A stretch of DNA of 62,915 bases, counting the filler, from Dugesia japonica (taxonomy: Eukaryota): NCBI GenBank assembly GCA_001938525.1. It is 6 parts of 6 records of this genome, joined end to end, with 100 filler letters (N's around TTAATTAATTAA, not from the genome) between each part and the next. Parts side by side here need not be neighbours in the genome. Positions count along the whole stretch, not along the records: positions 1 to 13,950 come from MQRL01584388.1; positions 14,051 to 22,627 come from MQRL01591241.1; positions 22,728 to 32,064 come from MQRL01639377.1; 3 more parts are not named here. The stretch is one strand, 5' to 3'. Of the stretch, positions 13,420 through 25,775 are shown piece by piece; the first letter of the stretch is position 1; each line of letters opens with the position of its first letter. Below the pieces are notes generated by a model, which saw only the letters and a program-made list of their open reading frames with translations, ran no database searches and was not told the DNA's origin. Made by a program: the position numbers and the translations under genes.

Positions 13420-13950
13420 TTCTATACTATTTAAAGGAAAATTAATTACTCCCTAAAACGGTTTGAATTTATCTTTTAAAATGGACTGATAATTAGAAAA
13501 GGATAATTATTTTAATTTAACCGCTTTCAACTGTGATCGTAAAATTTTGGATACAATTATTGAAAAATTTTTAGTCGTTTTTAGTGTGATTATAAATTAG
13601 AAGTATTCATCTAGTTTAAATTTTGATAAAATATTATTTGCGGTTAAATAAGCTTGTGTGATTAAAATTAACGAAAAATTCTTGTTTGTATTTAAATATT
13701 TATAATGAAAACATTTAATTTATAGTAAGATAATTGAATCATTGTGTAGGACAAATTGAAGTGAGAAAATAAAAATTAACAAATAAATTTTTCAATGAAC
13801 AAATTAATTAAGTTAAAGAAGAAAGTTACAAGTCAAAACTGGATACATATTAACAGAATAAAATAAATCTTCATTTTTAACAAAAAAACAATTGAACTTT
13901 AACTTATTAAGCAGAATTGAATATAGTGTTTTTCACGTAAAAAAACTATT

Positions 13951-14050
13951 NNNNNNNNNNNNNNNNNNNNNNNNNNNNNNNNNNNNNNNNNNNNTTAATT
14001 AATTAANNNNNNNNNNNNNNNNNNNNNNNNNNNNNNNNNNNNNNNNNNNN
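13951..14050. other. Artificial contig spacer
   Basis: 44 N + TTAATTAATTAA (stops in six frames) + 44 N. Confidence 0.97.
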
Positions 14051-14938
14051 AAAATTTAATGAATTTAGTAACAAAGATCTATTGCATTGAATATCTCAAG
14101 AAGCCAACATGTTCCTGAAGAAGAAAGAAAATTTGAACTTTTTTACAAATAAATTTTGTTTTGATCGAAGCCTTATCTTATTTTAATGAAATATAAAATA
14201 GCGTTTAAAATTATTTAGTTTTCTAAATCCAGAATTTTTTTGTTATTTTCTAAGCCAAATTAAATACAACACTGCACAACAGTCATATTTCAAATTAAAT
14301 AAATCGCTATTATTTTTTAACTTAATTTTTAATAATATTTCATAAATAACAACACTAATGAATAAAATTTCCTATATGATAAATATTTCATTTAACCTAT
14401 AAATACTAATGAAAAAATGGATGTATTAAGAAAAAGAGAAGTTGATGTGTCTTCTGATTGAATTCAATAAATTAATGAAAATATTCACTAATGTCAAAAT
14501 GAAATGTTTGTCATCAAATATTAAATTACTGATAATTGAATTCTGTAGTATTTGATTGTTGACAGAATTCAACAAGATATTCTCTAAATTTTATATTACT
14601 TTGTAAAACTTTCTATTATTTCAGTACTCATTTCAAAATTTTATTTAAAATAGTTTTCTCGCTTAATTTAACATTTTAACGTTGCTATTATACACACATG
14701 CTCAAATCAGTAAGAAAATATAACCAATTTGATTGATTACCAAATATTTCGTCATCGAAATACTTTATACACTTTTGAAAATCACCATTAAAAAGTTTGT
14801 TTTAAAAACAGTGAAATTTTGTTGGCCGTATAATATTAATATTAATTATTAAACTAATTAAAATTCAAAAATATACAAATTAACCAATTAAAATTCAGTA
14901 AAATAAATTAATAAATTGGTTCAAGTAATAATATTCTT

Positions 14939-15080
14939 TCATTAAAATAAAGTAATAGCTTCCATCAAATTAAATTGTTGTTTTATTGATATTCAAATAT
15001 TCGGGATGAAGAAAATAGTCGAAAATTTGAATATCTATGAAACAACTATTTAATTTGATCGAAGCTATTATTTCAAAGAA
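14939..15080. mobile_element. Small MITE; family also at 32641-32785, half-copies near 11570 and 14160
   Basis: Inverted ends aatagcttccatcaaatt ... aatttgatcgaagctatt. Confidence 0.55.
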
Positions 15081-15830
15081 ACCTCATATGAGATTAATAG
15101 TTAAGGCCAACAATTATTCTGACAATAACTGTAATTATATATATATATATATATGATTTCATATGATTTCTAATTTTTATCTTAATACTTTTTCATTATT
15201 TGTATTCCACAATCTATTTTCATTACCAGGAGAGATAAACGCAAATTTCATGAGTACTACAAAACAAACATTATTGAACTCTTTAAAAGAGTTAAACTTT
15301 GCATCTTCCTTAGAATATTTTACTATTTACATTTGATTTAAATTGGACTTTAATGTTTTTTATATATTTAATTATATTTATTTATATATTTTGCATATTT
15401 AATATCTGACATAAACTTAATAAATAAAAATAAATAAATAAAATACATGGCATACGTTTTTAGATATTCTTACATATGTCACTATTCAGATCTCCTGAAG
15501 CAGTATAAAAACGTATTTCAATCTTGCTGATATTCCAAACGATACGATCAAAATAACAAATAATTATCAATTTGTTTACATTATTTAAGTTTAAAATATT
15601 ACATTAATAAATACATCCCAAAGAAAATATTAAGAAATACACACATTAAAAATATACTAACAAATATCTCAACAATTCCAAATTAGTTACAAAAGATCAA
15701 TGTAAAACAAAAAAAATTATAAAAATGTTTGATATTATTGGCTAATTGATAGCATAACAACTATTAATGTCTAATAATTATTAATTAACAATGGAATCTA
15801 TATAATTATTTAATAATATATGTTACATAT

Positions 15831-16480
15831 TGTTGTGTTCCAAATTATTTTGCATAATAACAATAAGATAATCAGCAAAGTTTGAATTTCAAGAGTTTAT
15901 TAAATATCATAAATAGTTAATTAAAACAAACTATATTTGTGACGCAACACTGCCCCAGCCAGAATTATGGAGTATTTACAATATGATTGATGGTTAGCTT
16001 CAAGCGATCTACAGAGAAAATTTTATCTTCGCCATTGATCATGATTTTGAAGATTTTCATATCTGCACTTTGGTCGATTACTTCGAATGGCTCTTCAAAT
16101 GGGTACTGTAAACTTCTCGGGTTTTCAATTCTTAACCACACTTGTTTGCAGTCATATAATTCATTAGTAAGGAAAGTGTTTGGAATATTCAATCTTTAGT
16201 ATTATGTTAGTTATCAAAAAAATTTCAATTATACATACTTTCGTTGTTAATAATTTCACATACTATGGTCATTACTTATTATTATTTTTATTATTNNNNN
16301 NNNNNNNNNNNNNNNNNNNNNNNNNNNNNNNNNNNNNNNNNNNNNNNNNNNNNNNNNNNNNNNNNNNNNNNNNNNNNNNNNNNNNNNNNNNNNNNNNNNN
16401 NNNNNNNNNNNNNNNNNNNNNNNNNNNNNNNNNNNNNNNNNNNNNNTTATTATTATTAATATTATTATTATTATTATTAA

Positions 16481-16517
<37 letters not shown>

Positions 16518-17012
16518 ATTTATTAATTATATATTACTAATTAATAAATTTAATTAAATTTGATTTTTCAAACCAATTCAACAATCTTAAATATTAACTT
16601 AAATTTTCAAGATAAATTTTATAATTAACAAATCTTAAATTTTCTGATTTTATTTATAAATAAAATTTACAAATATTTTAAAATCAAAAAAAAATGTTAC
16701 CATAATGTTTTTCAGCAATCTAATTTTATTTTTTTTTCAAATCATTCTACGTAAATTTAGTTTTAAAATAAAGAAATATTGAATTTGAAATCTCACAAAA
16801 TTTAACTCCGTAATTACAATGTTTACCATAGAATTTATTATCATTTCTATTACTATATTCAGAAAATTGGCTTTTGACATCTTTTTGAAAATAAGACCTC
16901 TACCAGAATTAAAATGATTTCTTTAAAATAGCGCTCGTCCTAAATAAACATAATGAGATTTAATTTAAACAAAATACAATAAAATATATAAGCTTTCTTA
17001 TTTTATAATTTG

Positions 17013-17075
<63 letters not shown>

Positions 17076-20000
17076 NNNNNNNNNNNNNNNNNNNNNNNNN
17101 NNNNNNNNNNNNNNNNNNNNNNNNNNNNNNNNNNNNNNNNTATTATTATTATTATTATTATCAATATTATTATTTCTATCTCCTCGGTCGATTATCGTTA
17201 ATTTTTATTTTTTACTTGTTCTGATGATAGTTCGTCACAATGATTGCCTATTTTTAGGTCCCCTGGAATCAAGATCATTGAACCAAACAGCATATGTGCT
17301 GGTGAAACTCCATGATCTAAAAACTTGAATTACGTAATTCCACCATTACCTTTGGAAGGTTTTAGCAACATGTTTTATCGGCATTAATGCAGTGCGCTCT
17401 GAGTACGTTTTCCATGGATCTGTGAAATCGCTCAACTTTTACATTACATTGTGGATGATATGCTGTTGTAGTCCTGTGATCGATATCATTTATATTACAC
17501 ATTGCTCGAAATGCTGATTAGGTACATTGTTACCTTGATTTGTGATCCGTATTTTTGGACTACCAAATCTGCTGAGTCATTCTCTTTCTAAAGCCGCAAT
17601 AACATTTTCAGTTGTTATCTCATCCAATGTAACTGCTTCCATTTAACATGTGTGCTTGTCAATCATAGCCAATAAATTTCTTTTACCTATTACGTTTGCC
17701 AAAAGACCCACAATGTCAACGTGTAGGATTTTAAATCTTCTCAGATTTGGTAATTATCCTAAGGTTGATTTTGTGTGTCTAGATATTTTGAATTTTTGGC
17801 ATTTAAGACATTTTCATGTTCATCTTCTTATTTCTGATTTTGTGTTGGGCCATAAATATAGTTGTTTGACTTTATAGAGCTATTAGCCTTAAGATGCGAG
17901 AATCGATATGTCGTGGTTGTGTTCATCAATTAAACGTTATTTGGAAAGTTGCAAAGTTTCGTGTTCTTTGTTATCTTTCGTTATCCTTGACAAAAAATCT
18001 GCGACTACATTATCGCTTCTTTTAAGGTATCTTATTTCCAGTTTGATTTCATTTATGTGTTCGATCCTTGATGGATCTTTCATTTTTTTCATGTACGCTA
18101 TTGGTTTGTGGTCTGTGCGCAATTCGCATTAGTTGCTTTCTATTAAATTTTTGAAATGTTTGGTTGCTAGATATATTGCTAAACGTTCACGATCAAATGT
18201 GGCATACTTCTTTTTTGTGTTGTTCAATTTTTTTGAAAAGAATGAAATTGACTGTAACTTACTGCTACTGTCATGATTGNGACTGGCTCCTACTTTNGTG
18301 TTGGATGCATCGGTACATAAAATAAATTTTTGTTAGGATCTAGAGGTATCATCTTTGTGATCTGATGCAAGTTAGATTTTGCGCTTTGAAATGCAGTTTC
18401 TTGAATTTCTGTTCACCTGAACATTTTTTTATTTTTGCTGGCTCTAGAAACTAAATCATGTAAAGTAGCTAAAATATCCGATATATTTGGTATCAGCTAT
18501 TGATAGAATGTTAATGTCCCAATAGTTCGTCTCAAAGCTTTCACCTTCTGTGATGTCCACCAACTTATTATATTGCTTGAGATTTGAAAACCAAGAAATT
18601 TTATATCTGATTCAGAGTACACACATTTTTCATGGTTGATTTTTAGTTTGGCACTCATGAATGTTTCTAAAACCAGTTTAAATGCTTCTCATGTTCTTTA
18701 TCTGATTTTGAAAATTCAGGATATTATCAATGTATGCTATTACGTATTATCGGTGCTGGCTCATGAATTTTATCATTGAAAAGTTTGAGATGCATTTTTA
18801 ACCCAAATGGCATTTTTAGGTATTTGTAAAGCCCAAACGGTGTGATTACTGCCGTTTTTTTTGCCTGTTTTCCGGTGTGATTGCTATTTCGTGGTTTGCT
18901 TTTTTCAAGATCTATTGATGAAAATATTGTGCAGGATGAAACTTGATCTAAAATATCCGATATCCGAGGAATTGGATATCGGTTGGGCTTTGTTGCTGCA
19001 ATGAGTATTCGATAATCTCTACATAGACAATAAGAGTTATCTTTCTTTAGACAAAAAATATTGGTGAAACTCGTTTACTCGTACTTGGTTTTATCACACC
19101 TTGGCACAGAAGTTTATCGCATTTCTGTCTAACTGCTTTGAGAATATTTCCAGAAATCTGCGTAGCACGTTGAGCTACACGAAATCTAGAAGTGACAATA
19201 TGTAGTTGAGTTGGCGGTGTAGATATTGTTTTGTTATTATTTTCTGTTAGATTACTGAGTTCCATCATGTGGGGAGTTCCTTGCGCTATTTCTCATCTTC
19301 TGTGAATTTGGTTTTTGTTGCAATGAACAGTGATATTCATGTGCGCTAAATAATCAGAGCCTAATATTGGTTGACGGACGTCAGCAACTAAAAATGTCCA
19401 TATGATACGAAATGTTTATTTTCTTGTTTCAAAAGAGCTGATCGGAACTTTATTTGCTTTAATTAAATTTGCAACTGCTGGTTTTGTATTGGCATTAAAT
19501 AGTTTTGATGAAAGAACGTTGATGTCCTCTCCTGTGTTTATGAGAAAAGCGAAGTTTTTACTAAAAGTTTCAAAAGGCACTGTGAATATTGGTGTTACAG
19601 TTATTGGCATCATTAAGATCCCTGATCTTTTTTTGAAGGAAAATTGCATTGATGTTGGCATTTTCTTACCTTTATTCCTAATCATCTGTGAAAATAACAC
19701 ATATCATCTGAGTTCATTGTCTTGGCTGCTTTATTTAACTTGTGTCGAATTGCTGAAATTTCAGTCTTTAGATCATTGATCACTGATATGATTTTTGTGT
19801 GGTTGTTTGAGAATTGCGAGATTTGTTGAACCTCAAAATCAGCCTTGACGTTCATTAATTTGTCAGTTATAAGTTACAGATCTTTTATGGATTTAGAGTA
19901 TATTAAAGTTAAAATTTGATTTAGGGAGAGATTGAATAAATGCGCAACGAAGCATTACGTTGTTACTGATATCTGTTTGTGGATTGATCTGTTTGAAATG

Positions 20001-20471
20001 CCTCAACATTTCCCTTAGAATCTCTGGTGGTTGTCAATCTCTTTGGCGCATTGATTTCTCAAATCTTTGCTGCATGAATTATGAAGTTGATTTCCTTTTT
20101 TTCTTTGAACTATGGTTTCTTTTAAATTTTCATATGTCATGTCACAGTTGAAATCTAGATATTCTTGAAATTCGTTGAAAACATTTGATAGTAGGTTTGA
20201 TATTAAGTGCAGGAACATGGTTTTTGGCATTATGCTATTCGATAACTGAAAAATTGCTTCAATCTACATAAGCTTTACTGGTGGATTTTCCAAATAATTT
20301 GGAAATTTGATAGAAACATGATTATCTTCTGAGATTTCACTTCTGACACATATGTTGTGTTCCAAATTATTTTGCATAATAACAATAAGAGAATCAGCAA
20401 AGCTTGAATTTCAAAGTTTTATTTAATATCACGAAAAATTAATTAAAAAAAATTATATTTGTGACGCAACA
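15831..20471 (-). mobile_element. Full-length, decayed Ty3/Gypsy element with 119-bp LTRs
   Basis: LTRs 15831-15949 and 20353-20471 (TGTTG...CAACA); TSD CATAT on both flanks; PPT ctggctggggcag; PBS-like tgtgtcagaagtg; gag, PR (FLINTG), RT (YIDNI), RH (TDAS, TDHKP) and IN remnants. Confidence 0.95.
16277..17170. repeat. Two (ATT)n arrays bracketing an AT-rich segment inside the Gypsy 3' region
   Basis: Pure or near-pure ATT runs at 16277-16520 and 17013-17170, both containing gaps. Confidence 0.85.
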
Positions 20472-22558
20472 CATATCACATAGAAATCTAAAATTAAATA
20501 AATCAAATTAAAGAATATCAAAAAAGTAAATATCAAAAGTTTTATTGTTAAATTTTTCTTATATACAAAAAGCTCAAAGGTTTTTTGGGAAGAACATATG
20601 AAATACAATAAAACGAAAAATAGTTTAAAAAATAAAGATAATAAAAACAATATAAAATAATACTAGATACTAAAGGCACTGTAAGGAAATCGTGATTTAG
20701 GAATAGATTTTTGATTATTTGTTGAAATATTGCGTTTGTTTGAATATTTAAGTTCTTAAAAAAAGTTGAGAAAACTTTTATAAATTTTTTTTTGAAGAAA
20801 AATTAAATTAAAATTGTATTTTAATAATAATTAACTTGTTATTGTAAGTTATTTTACTGTGTAAGTGTTATATTATTTTCAATGAAAAAATTTGCAACTT
20901 TGATTTCTGAAATTTCTTCAAGTTAAAAAATAAAATTCACGCTTGAATAGATAAAAAACAAATTATACTACAAAATTTTATAGTTGATTATATGGATTAG
21001 AAATTATATTTTTGAAAATTGCTTTTAATTATTATCAATTTTAATTTTAAAAACGCAAAAAACATTGGAAAGTTTTTTAAGAAATTAATGAACGCCATTT
21101 CATAAGATGTTTATTTACTGCCATCAATATCGACGGAATAACCGTCATTATCAAGCAATTAATGATTATTAAATCAAAATATTTATAAAGTTTAAATGAT
21201 TATATAATTTTAATTATGTAATCTCAATGCATAATCAATAAAATAATTTTAAGAGCGATGTTGAATTCGACAACTGAACATTAATTTTAGGATTTAATGC
21301 ACTTATCAACAAAGCTTCACACATCACTCTCTCGCAATCATTATTAAATCCACTGCACAAGATTATATAATTATATTATCAATTTTTTTTTAATAACATT
21401 TTAGTAAAATTAAAGATAAACATTTTATTATTTATTTCTTATTTTAATTTGATTTGATTTTAGATATTTATAAAAATACTTTTAATTTTTAAAATATTTT
21501 AAATTTTTCTTAAGTATTTTTAATTTATTTTGTAAAGTCCATCTATTTTTAAATAACGTGAAAAAAGTAAAATCATTTCTGAAACATCTCAACAAAGAAA
21601 TAAAATTAATTAAATGTTTAAATAGTGCGCATTTCAAAATAAATAAAAGAAATGATTTTCCTATTATCCTTATAAATTGACGCTTTAGTTCAATAATGCT
21701 TAAAGTGTTTATTTTGTTTCAAATAACTCTCAGTGCAATAAATTAGAATTTGATAGATGTTCAAAGCGATCGACATCCAATAATTCCTGTGGATTATTTC
21801 ATAAATTATATCAAATAGTAAAACTGTTGTATTTATAATTCTCATTTGTCATGTTTTATAATTATATTTAATAGTAATTATTCCANNNNNNNNNNNNNNN
21901 NNNNNNNNNNNNNNNNNNNNNNNNNNNNNNNNNNNNNNNNNNNNNNNNNNNNNNNNNNNNNNNNNNNNNNNNNNNNNNNNNNNNNNNNNNNNNNNNNNNN
22001 NNNNNNNNNNNNNNNNNNNNNNNNNNNNNNNNNNNNNNNNNNNNNNNNNNNNNNNNNNNNNNNNNNNNNNAAACTATATCCATCACTATTTGTTTATTCA
22101 AACAAATTAAAACTCTGTTTTCAATGGAAATCATTTTTCAATTCATTAAAATTTTAGAAAAATTTTTGCTTTATTATTAAATTTTCATTTAAAATATTTT
22201 CAAAATTTTAAACAAAATAGTCATTTATTATTCAATTTCCAATTTAAATATTTCAGAAAATTAAAAAAAATAGTCATTTCTAAAAATCTAGAATAAATTG
22301 TGTATAAAAATATTTTAACTAATCCTGAAACTATTCATAATTTTTATACAAAAAATTTAATTTAATTTACTTAATTGTTTTATTTAATTTCTAGCTTTCA
22401 ATTTTTAAAATAAGATTTTAAGTAAATCATTTTCAACCGCACACAAAACTTTCAATCAGCTTTTCAAAAAATTCTCAAAATAATAATTTTTGAAATATAA
22501 ATCTTAAAATATCTTGAAAATATGTGAATAATTTATAATAATTTTTTATACTTAGGTG

Positions 22559-22562
<4 letters not shown>

Positions 22563-22627
<65 letters not shown>
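22563..22627. repeat. (ATT)n microsatellite at contig end
   Basis: Direct sequence. Confidence 0.95.
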
Positions 22628-22727
22628 NNNNNNNNNNNNNNNNNNNNNNNNNNNNNNNNNNNNNNNNNNNNTTAATTAATTAANNNNNNNNNNNNNNNNN
22701 NNNNNNNNNNNNNNNNNNNNNNNNNNN
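22628..22727. other. Artificial contig spacer
   Basis: 44 N + TTAATTAATTAA + 44 N. Confidence 0.97.
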
Positions 22728-23941
22728 ATGACCTTTATAAAATAATAAATTACATTTATTTTCATCTGGTTTAGGATTACTATCATAATGAGAAATATAC
22801 AAAGGATAGATTTTAACTTTTGGGGTTACTTCAAATATATTTACTTTAAAATCATTTAATCTTTCAAATACTTTTACATCATCAATACTTGTAGGAAAAT
22901 TCATTCCGTTTATTTTTAATTCATTTAAATAAGGAGTATAATTTGTAACTCTATTTTGATTATTTTCAAATACATGTTTATGAGCTAAAATTGAATATAG
23001 AAAACAAAAATCATATTTATTTGTAGTATTAATTACACTTGATTTAATAAATGGTCATTTTTTATAAGTCGTAGAGTGGACCCCGGCTCCAACTAATGAT
23101 TGATATTTAGAAAGTTCAATTTTAAAATTGACAATACAATCCAAATTCCATCTACTTTCATTTTAATCTTCATCTTCCATGTATCTTTGAAGTTGATTTA
23201 ATAACTCTTCCACAATAATTTTTATATCGCTTTTGATAGTAATTCTTTCATTATTTGAATATGAATTTAATACTCTTTCCTCATCTTCTTTAGTATAATT
23301 ACAGTTTACATTTAAACGTAACATNNNNNNNNNNNAATAATCAAAATAAATATCAACAATTTTAGTAATTTCTTTTTTAAACCAAGTTATTAATTTAAAA
23401 TTTAATTTTTGTATATTTCTAGTTAATTCAGTTTTACTTTCTTTAAAATATTCAATTTTATAATACTTAATATTTTTAAATGTTTAAATAATTTTTGAGT
23501 TTCATTCTTTTCAAAATCAATTGCTTCGTCTCCAAGTAATTCATCAAATAATTTTTTAGTTTCTTCTTCATTCGATTTTAAAACACGCTCTTGGTGTACT
23601 CCACTATCAAAATGAGATCTTGCATGGTTTTGTCTAGTGAATGTTAAATTGCAATAATTACAATTTAAGTCAACTCTAAACCTACCATCAATTCCACAAT
23701 TCGTGGAGTTTTTATGCAACCGCAAGCCGCTTTCACTTGCTAATCTTTTGAAACAAATATTACATGTGTAATAATTGTGTACCAATCTTGCACAGGTTCG
23801 AGATTGAATATGTGACCACAACCCCGCGTTAATTTTAAAAGTCTTGTTACAAACCGAAAATTTAAAAATTAATGCTGAAACTCTCATAGGTCTTTGAAAA
23901 TTCATATTTGAGATTTGCGATTCACTTGCGAAGCTACTCAT
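22728..23941 (-). pseudogene. Polinton/Maverick-like (adintovirus-like) pPolB N-terminal region preceded by three zinc fingers; decayed, cut by contig end
   Basis: Zinc fingers in ORF 23423..23941, then LNVNCNYTKE..SYSNN..EDED*NESRW..KYQSLVG..VIN..DFCFLYSILAHKH..RVTNY..GMNFPTSIDDVKVFERLN..VNIF..LLFYKGH with two in-frame stops. Confidence 0.8.
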
Positions 23942-23978
23942 TTTATAAATAAATAATTTGGTTGTATAAAAAAAATAA

Positions 23979-24649
23979 CTACCTTAAAGGTTCTAATTTT
24001 GAGTTTGAAGTTTTTACTGTGTAATTTGCTAAATCGCTTTTAGCTGCGTAAACTCTTTTTATCTCTCCTTCATATTCTTTCGGAACTTTTAATCTTCGTA
24101 ATCTTTCACATAAATCATCACTAATTTCTTTTATTTTTTTAGCAATAATAATACAATCTTCATTTGTAATAATTAGATCATCATCTTCTTCCCATTTTAT
24201 CAATGTAAGTTTTAAACCTGGATGTTCAATAAATTTTNNNNNNNNNNNNNNNNNNNNNNNNNNNNNNNNNNNNNNNNNNNNNNNNNNNNNNNNNNNNNNN
24301 NNNNNNNNNNNNNNNNNNNNNNNNNNNNNNNNNNNNNNNNNNNNNNNNNNNNNNNNNNNNNNNNNNNNNNNNNNNNNNNNNNNNNNNNNNNNNNNNNNNN
24401 NNNNNNNACTTAATAATATTTTAAACTTTTCACTATCATTAAAATTTTCAACTTGTAAATACATTTCCTTTAAAAGAGCTACATATTTTTTGCTGTTTTA
24501 TTTGCAATTTCACATTTGGCAAAACTTTCAATTTCCATGAAAGTAAATTTTTCAAGATTTACTAAATTATTTATACTATTATATAAAGTATTTATACCCA
24601 AAACTTCTTGTTGTTTTGGTTTAAGAACAACTTGTTTTTAACTAACCAT
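23979..24649 (-). pseudogene. Uncharacterised intronless ORF immediately upstream of the ZnF/pPolB-like gene
   Basis: ORF 23979..24464 is protein-like and appears extendable to an ATG at 24649 through a stop and a probable frameshift; its stop lies 37 nt before the next ATG. Confidence 0.5.
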
Positions 24650-24672
24650 TTTTTTACTGAAAAAATAAAATT

Positions 24673-24997
24673 CTATAATTTCTTCCGAACAGTATTTACA
24701 ACAACTTTTAGAAAATCTGAATCACTCATTTTAAGATAATTTATTTTGGGTTTTTGTATTTGTTGATGGGACTCTTTGGGATTTGTTTTATCAAATCGTT
24801 TTATTAAAGATTCATATTGACCATGACATTTTTTTGAAATTTTAATGTTTTTTCGATTATAAGGAATATTAAATTCTCTTAAATATTTTGTTACTGTTTT
24901 TCATTTACATTATTTTGTTTGCAAAACTTTGAAAAAGATTTTCAATAAAATTATAACTTTCTTGGAGTTTATAAAAATCACTTTGTGTTATTTCATT
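24673..24997 (-). pseudogene. Small frameshifted ORF with an HTH-like motif in the same gene run
   Basis: SKFCKQNNVNEK/TVTKYLREFNIPYNRK (one inferred frameshift); ends VVNTVRKKL* 23 nt before the next ATG. Confidence 0.4.
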
Positions 24998-25265
24998 ACT
25001 AACTATTTTATTAATAAAAGTTTTTACAATACTTTTACTATTCGATTACGATTACGATTACTAAAATATTAATAATAAAAAACTACTGTTTTATTCTGAT
25101 ATTATATTTTTCTTTTAGGATTTTATTTTTATTCTTTGTTTGTGTTAGCTCACTTTGTCTTTCCAACCGCTCATATCTTTTGTTTTATTGATTAAAAATT
25201 TTATTATGCTTTTCAAAATTCAAAAAATAATAAAATTGTAAAAATAAGATTTCCCGAGAAGTTGT

Positions 25266-25775
25266 TTATTTATATTCACTATACACCATTTTTTCCCAAG
25301 ACATATATGTACGTGAAGAAAGGTCACAACCTTGACGGGAAACCATATTTTTACATCTTCTTATGCATAATTCTTCTCTACCAAGATATTTTAGATTGAT
25401 ATCCTTACAATTCCTCAAGTTTTTAGAAGAAGATGACTGACCATACGCAATAGTCATCCAATGGCTCAATTAATCCTAAATAACCTAACGCTGAATATAT
25501 TTAATTGTAATTTTACTTACAACTGACGAACAATCCTGTTCAAGTTCTGACATTTTTTCTGACAATAATATCCAGCCCTCTGAGTTTTCCATCATGTATA
25601 GTATTTTCGAGAGTTGTCTTAAATGCTATGAGTTTCCGTGAATTTTTAGAATCAAATATTTTCATTCTTTATAAATTTTGTGTCGATTATGATTAACTTT
25701 ACGTTTTCTCATAATTAGAAGATACTTATAATCATCGTATTCATCATTGTCGATTTGGTTTTCTCTTTTCTTTTT
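25266..25775 (-). pseudogene. Two-exon pseudogene of unknown family
   Basis: Exon 25775-25521, 45-nt gtaagt..ttag intron, exon 25475-25266; the splice is in frame but there are three premature stops. Confidence 0.35.

Noticed and set aside
13995-14006. TTAATTAATTAA palindromes as biological motifs
   Set aside because: Always centred in exactly 44+44 Ns; an artificial six-frame stop linker
14405-14460. NEKMDVLRKREV as a G4-motif exon of the RGK gene
   Set aside because: Wrong strand, different contig, no suitable splice sites
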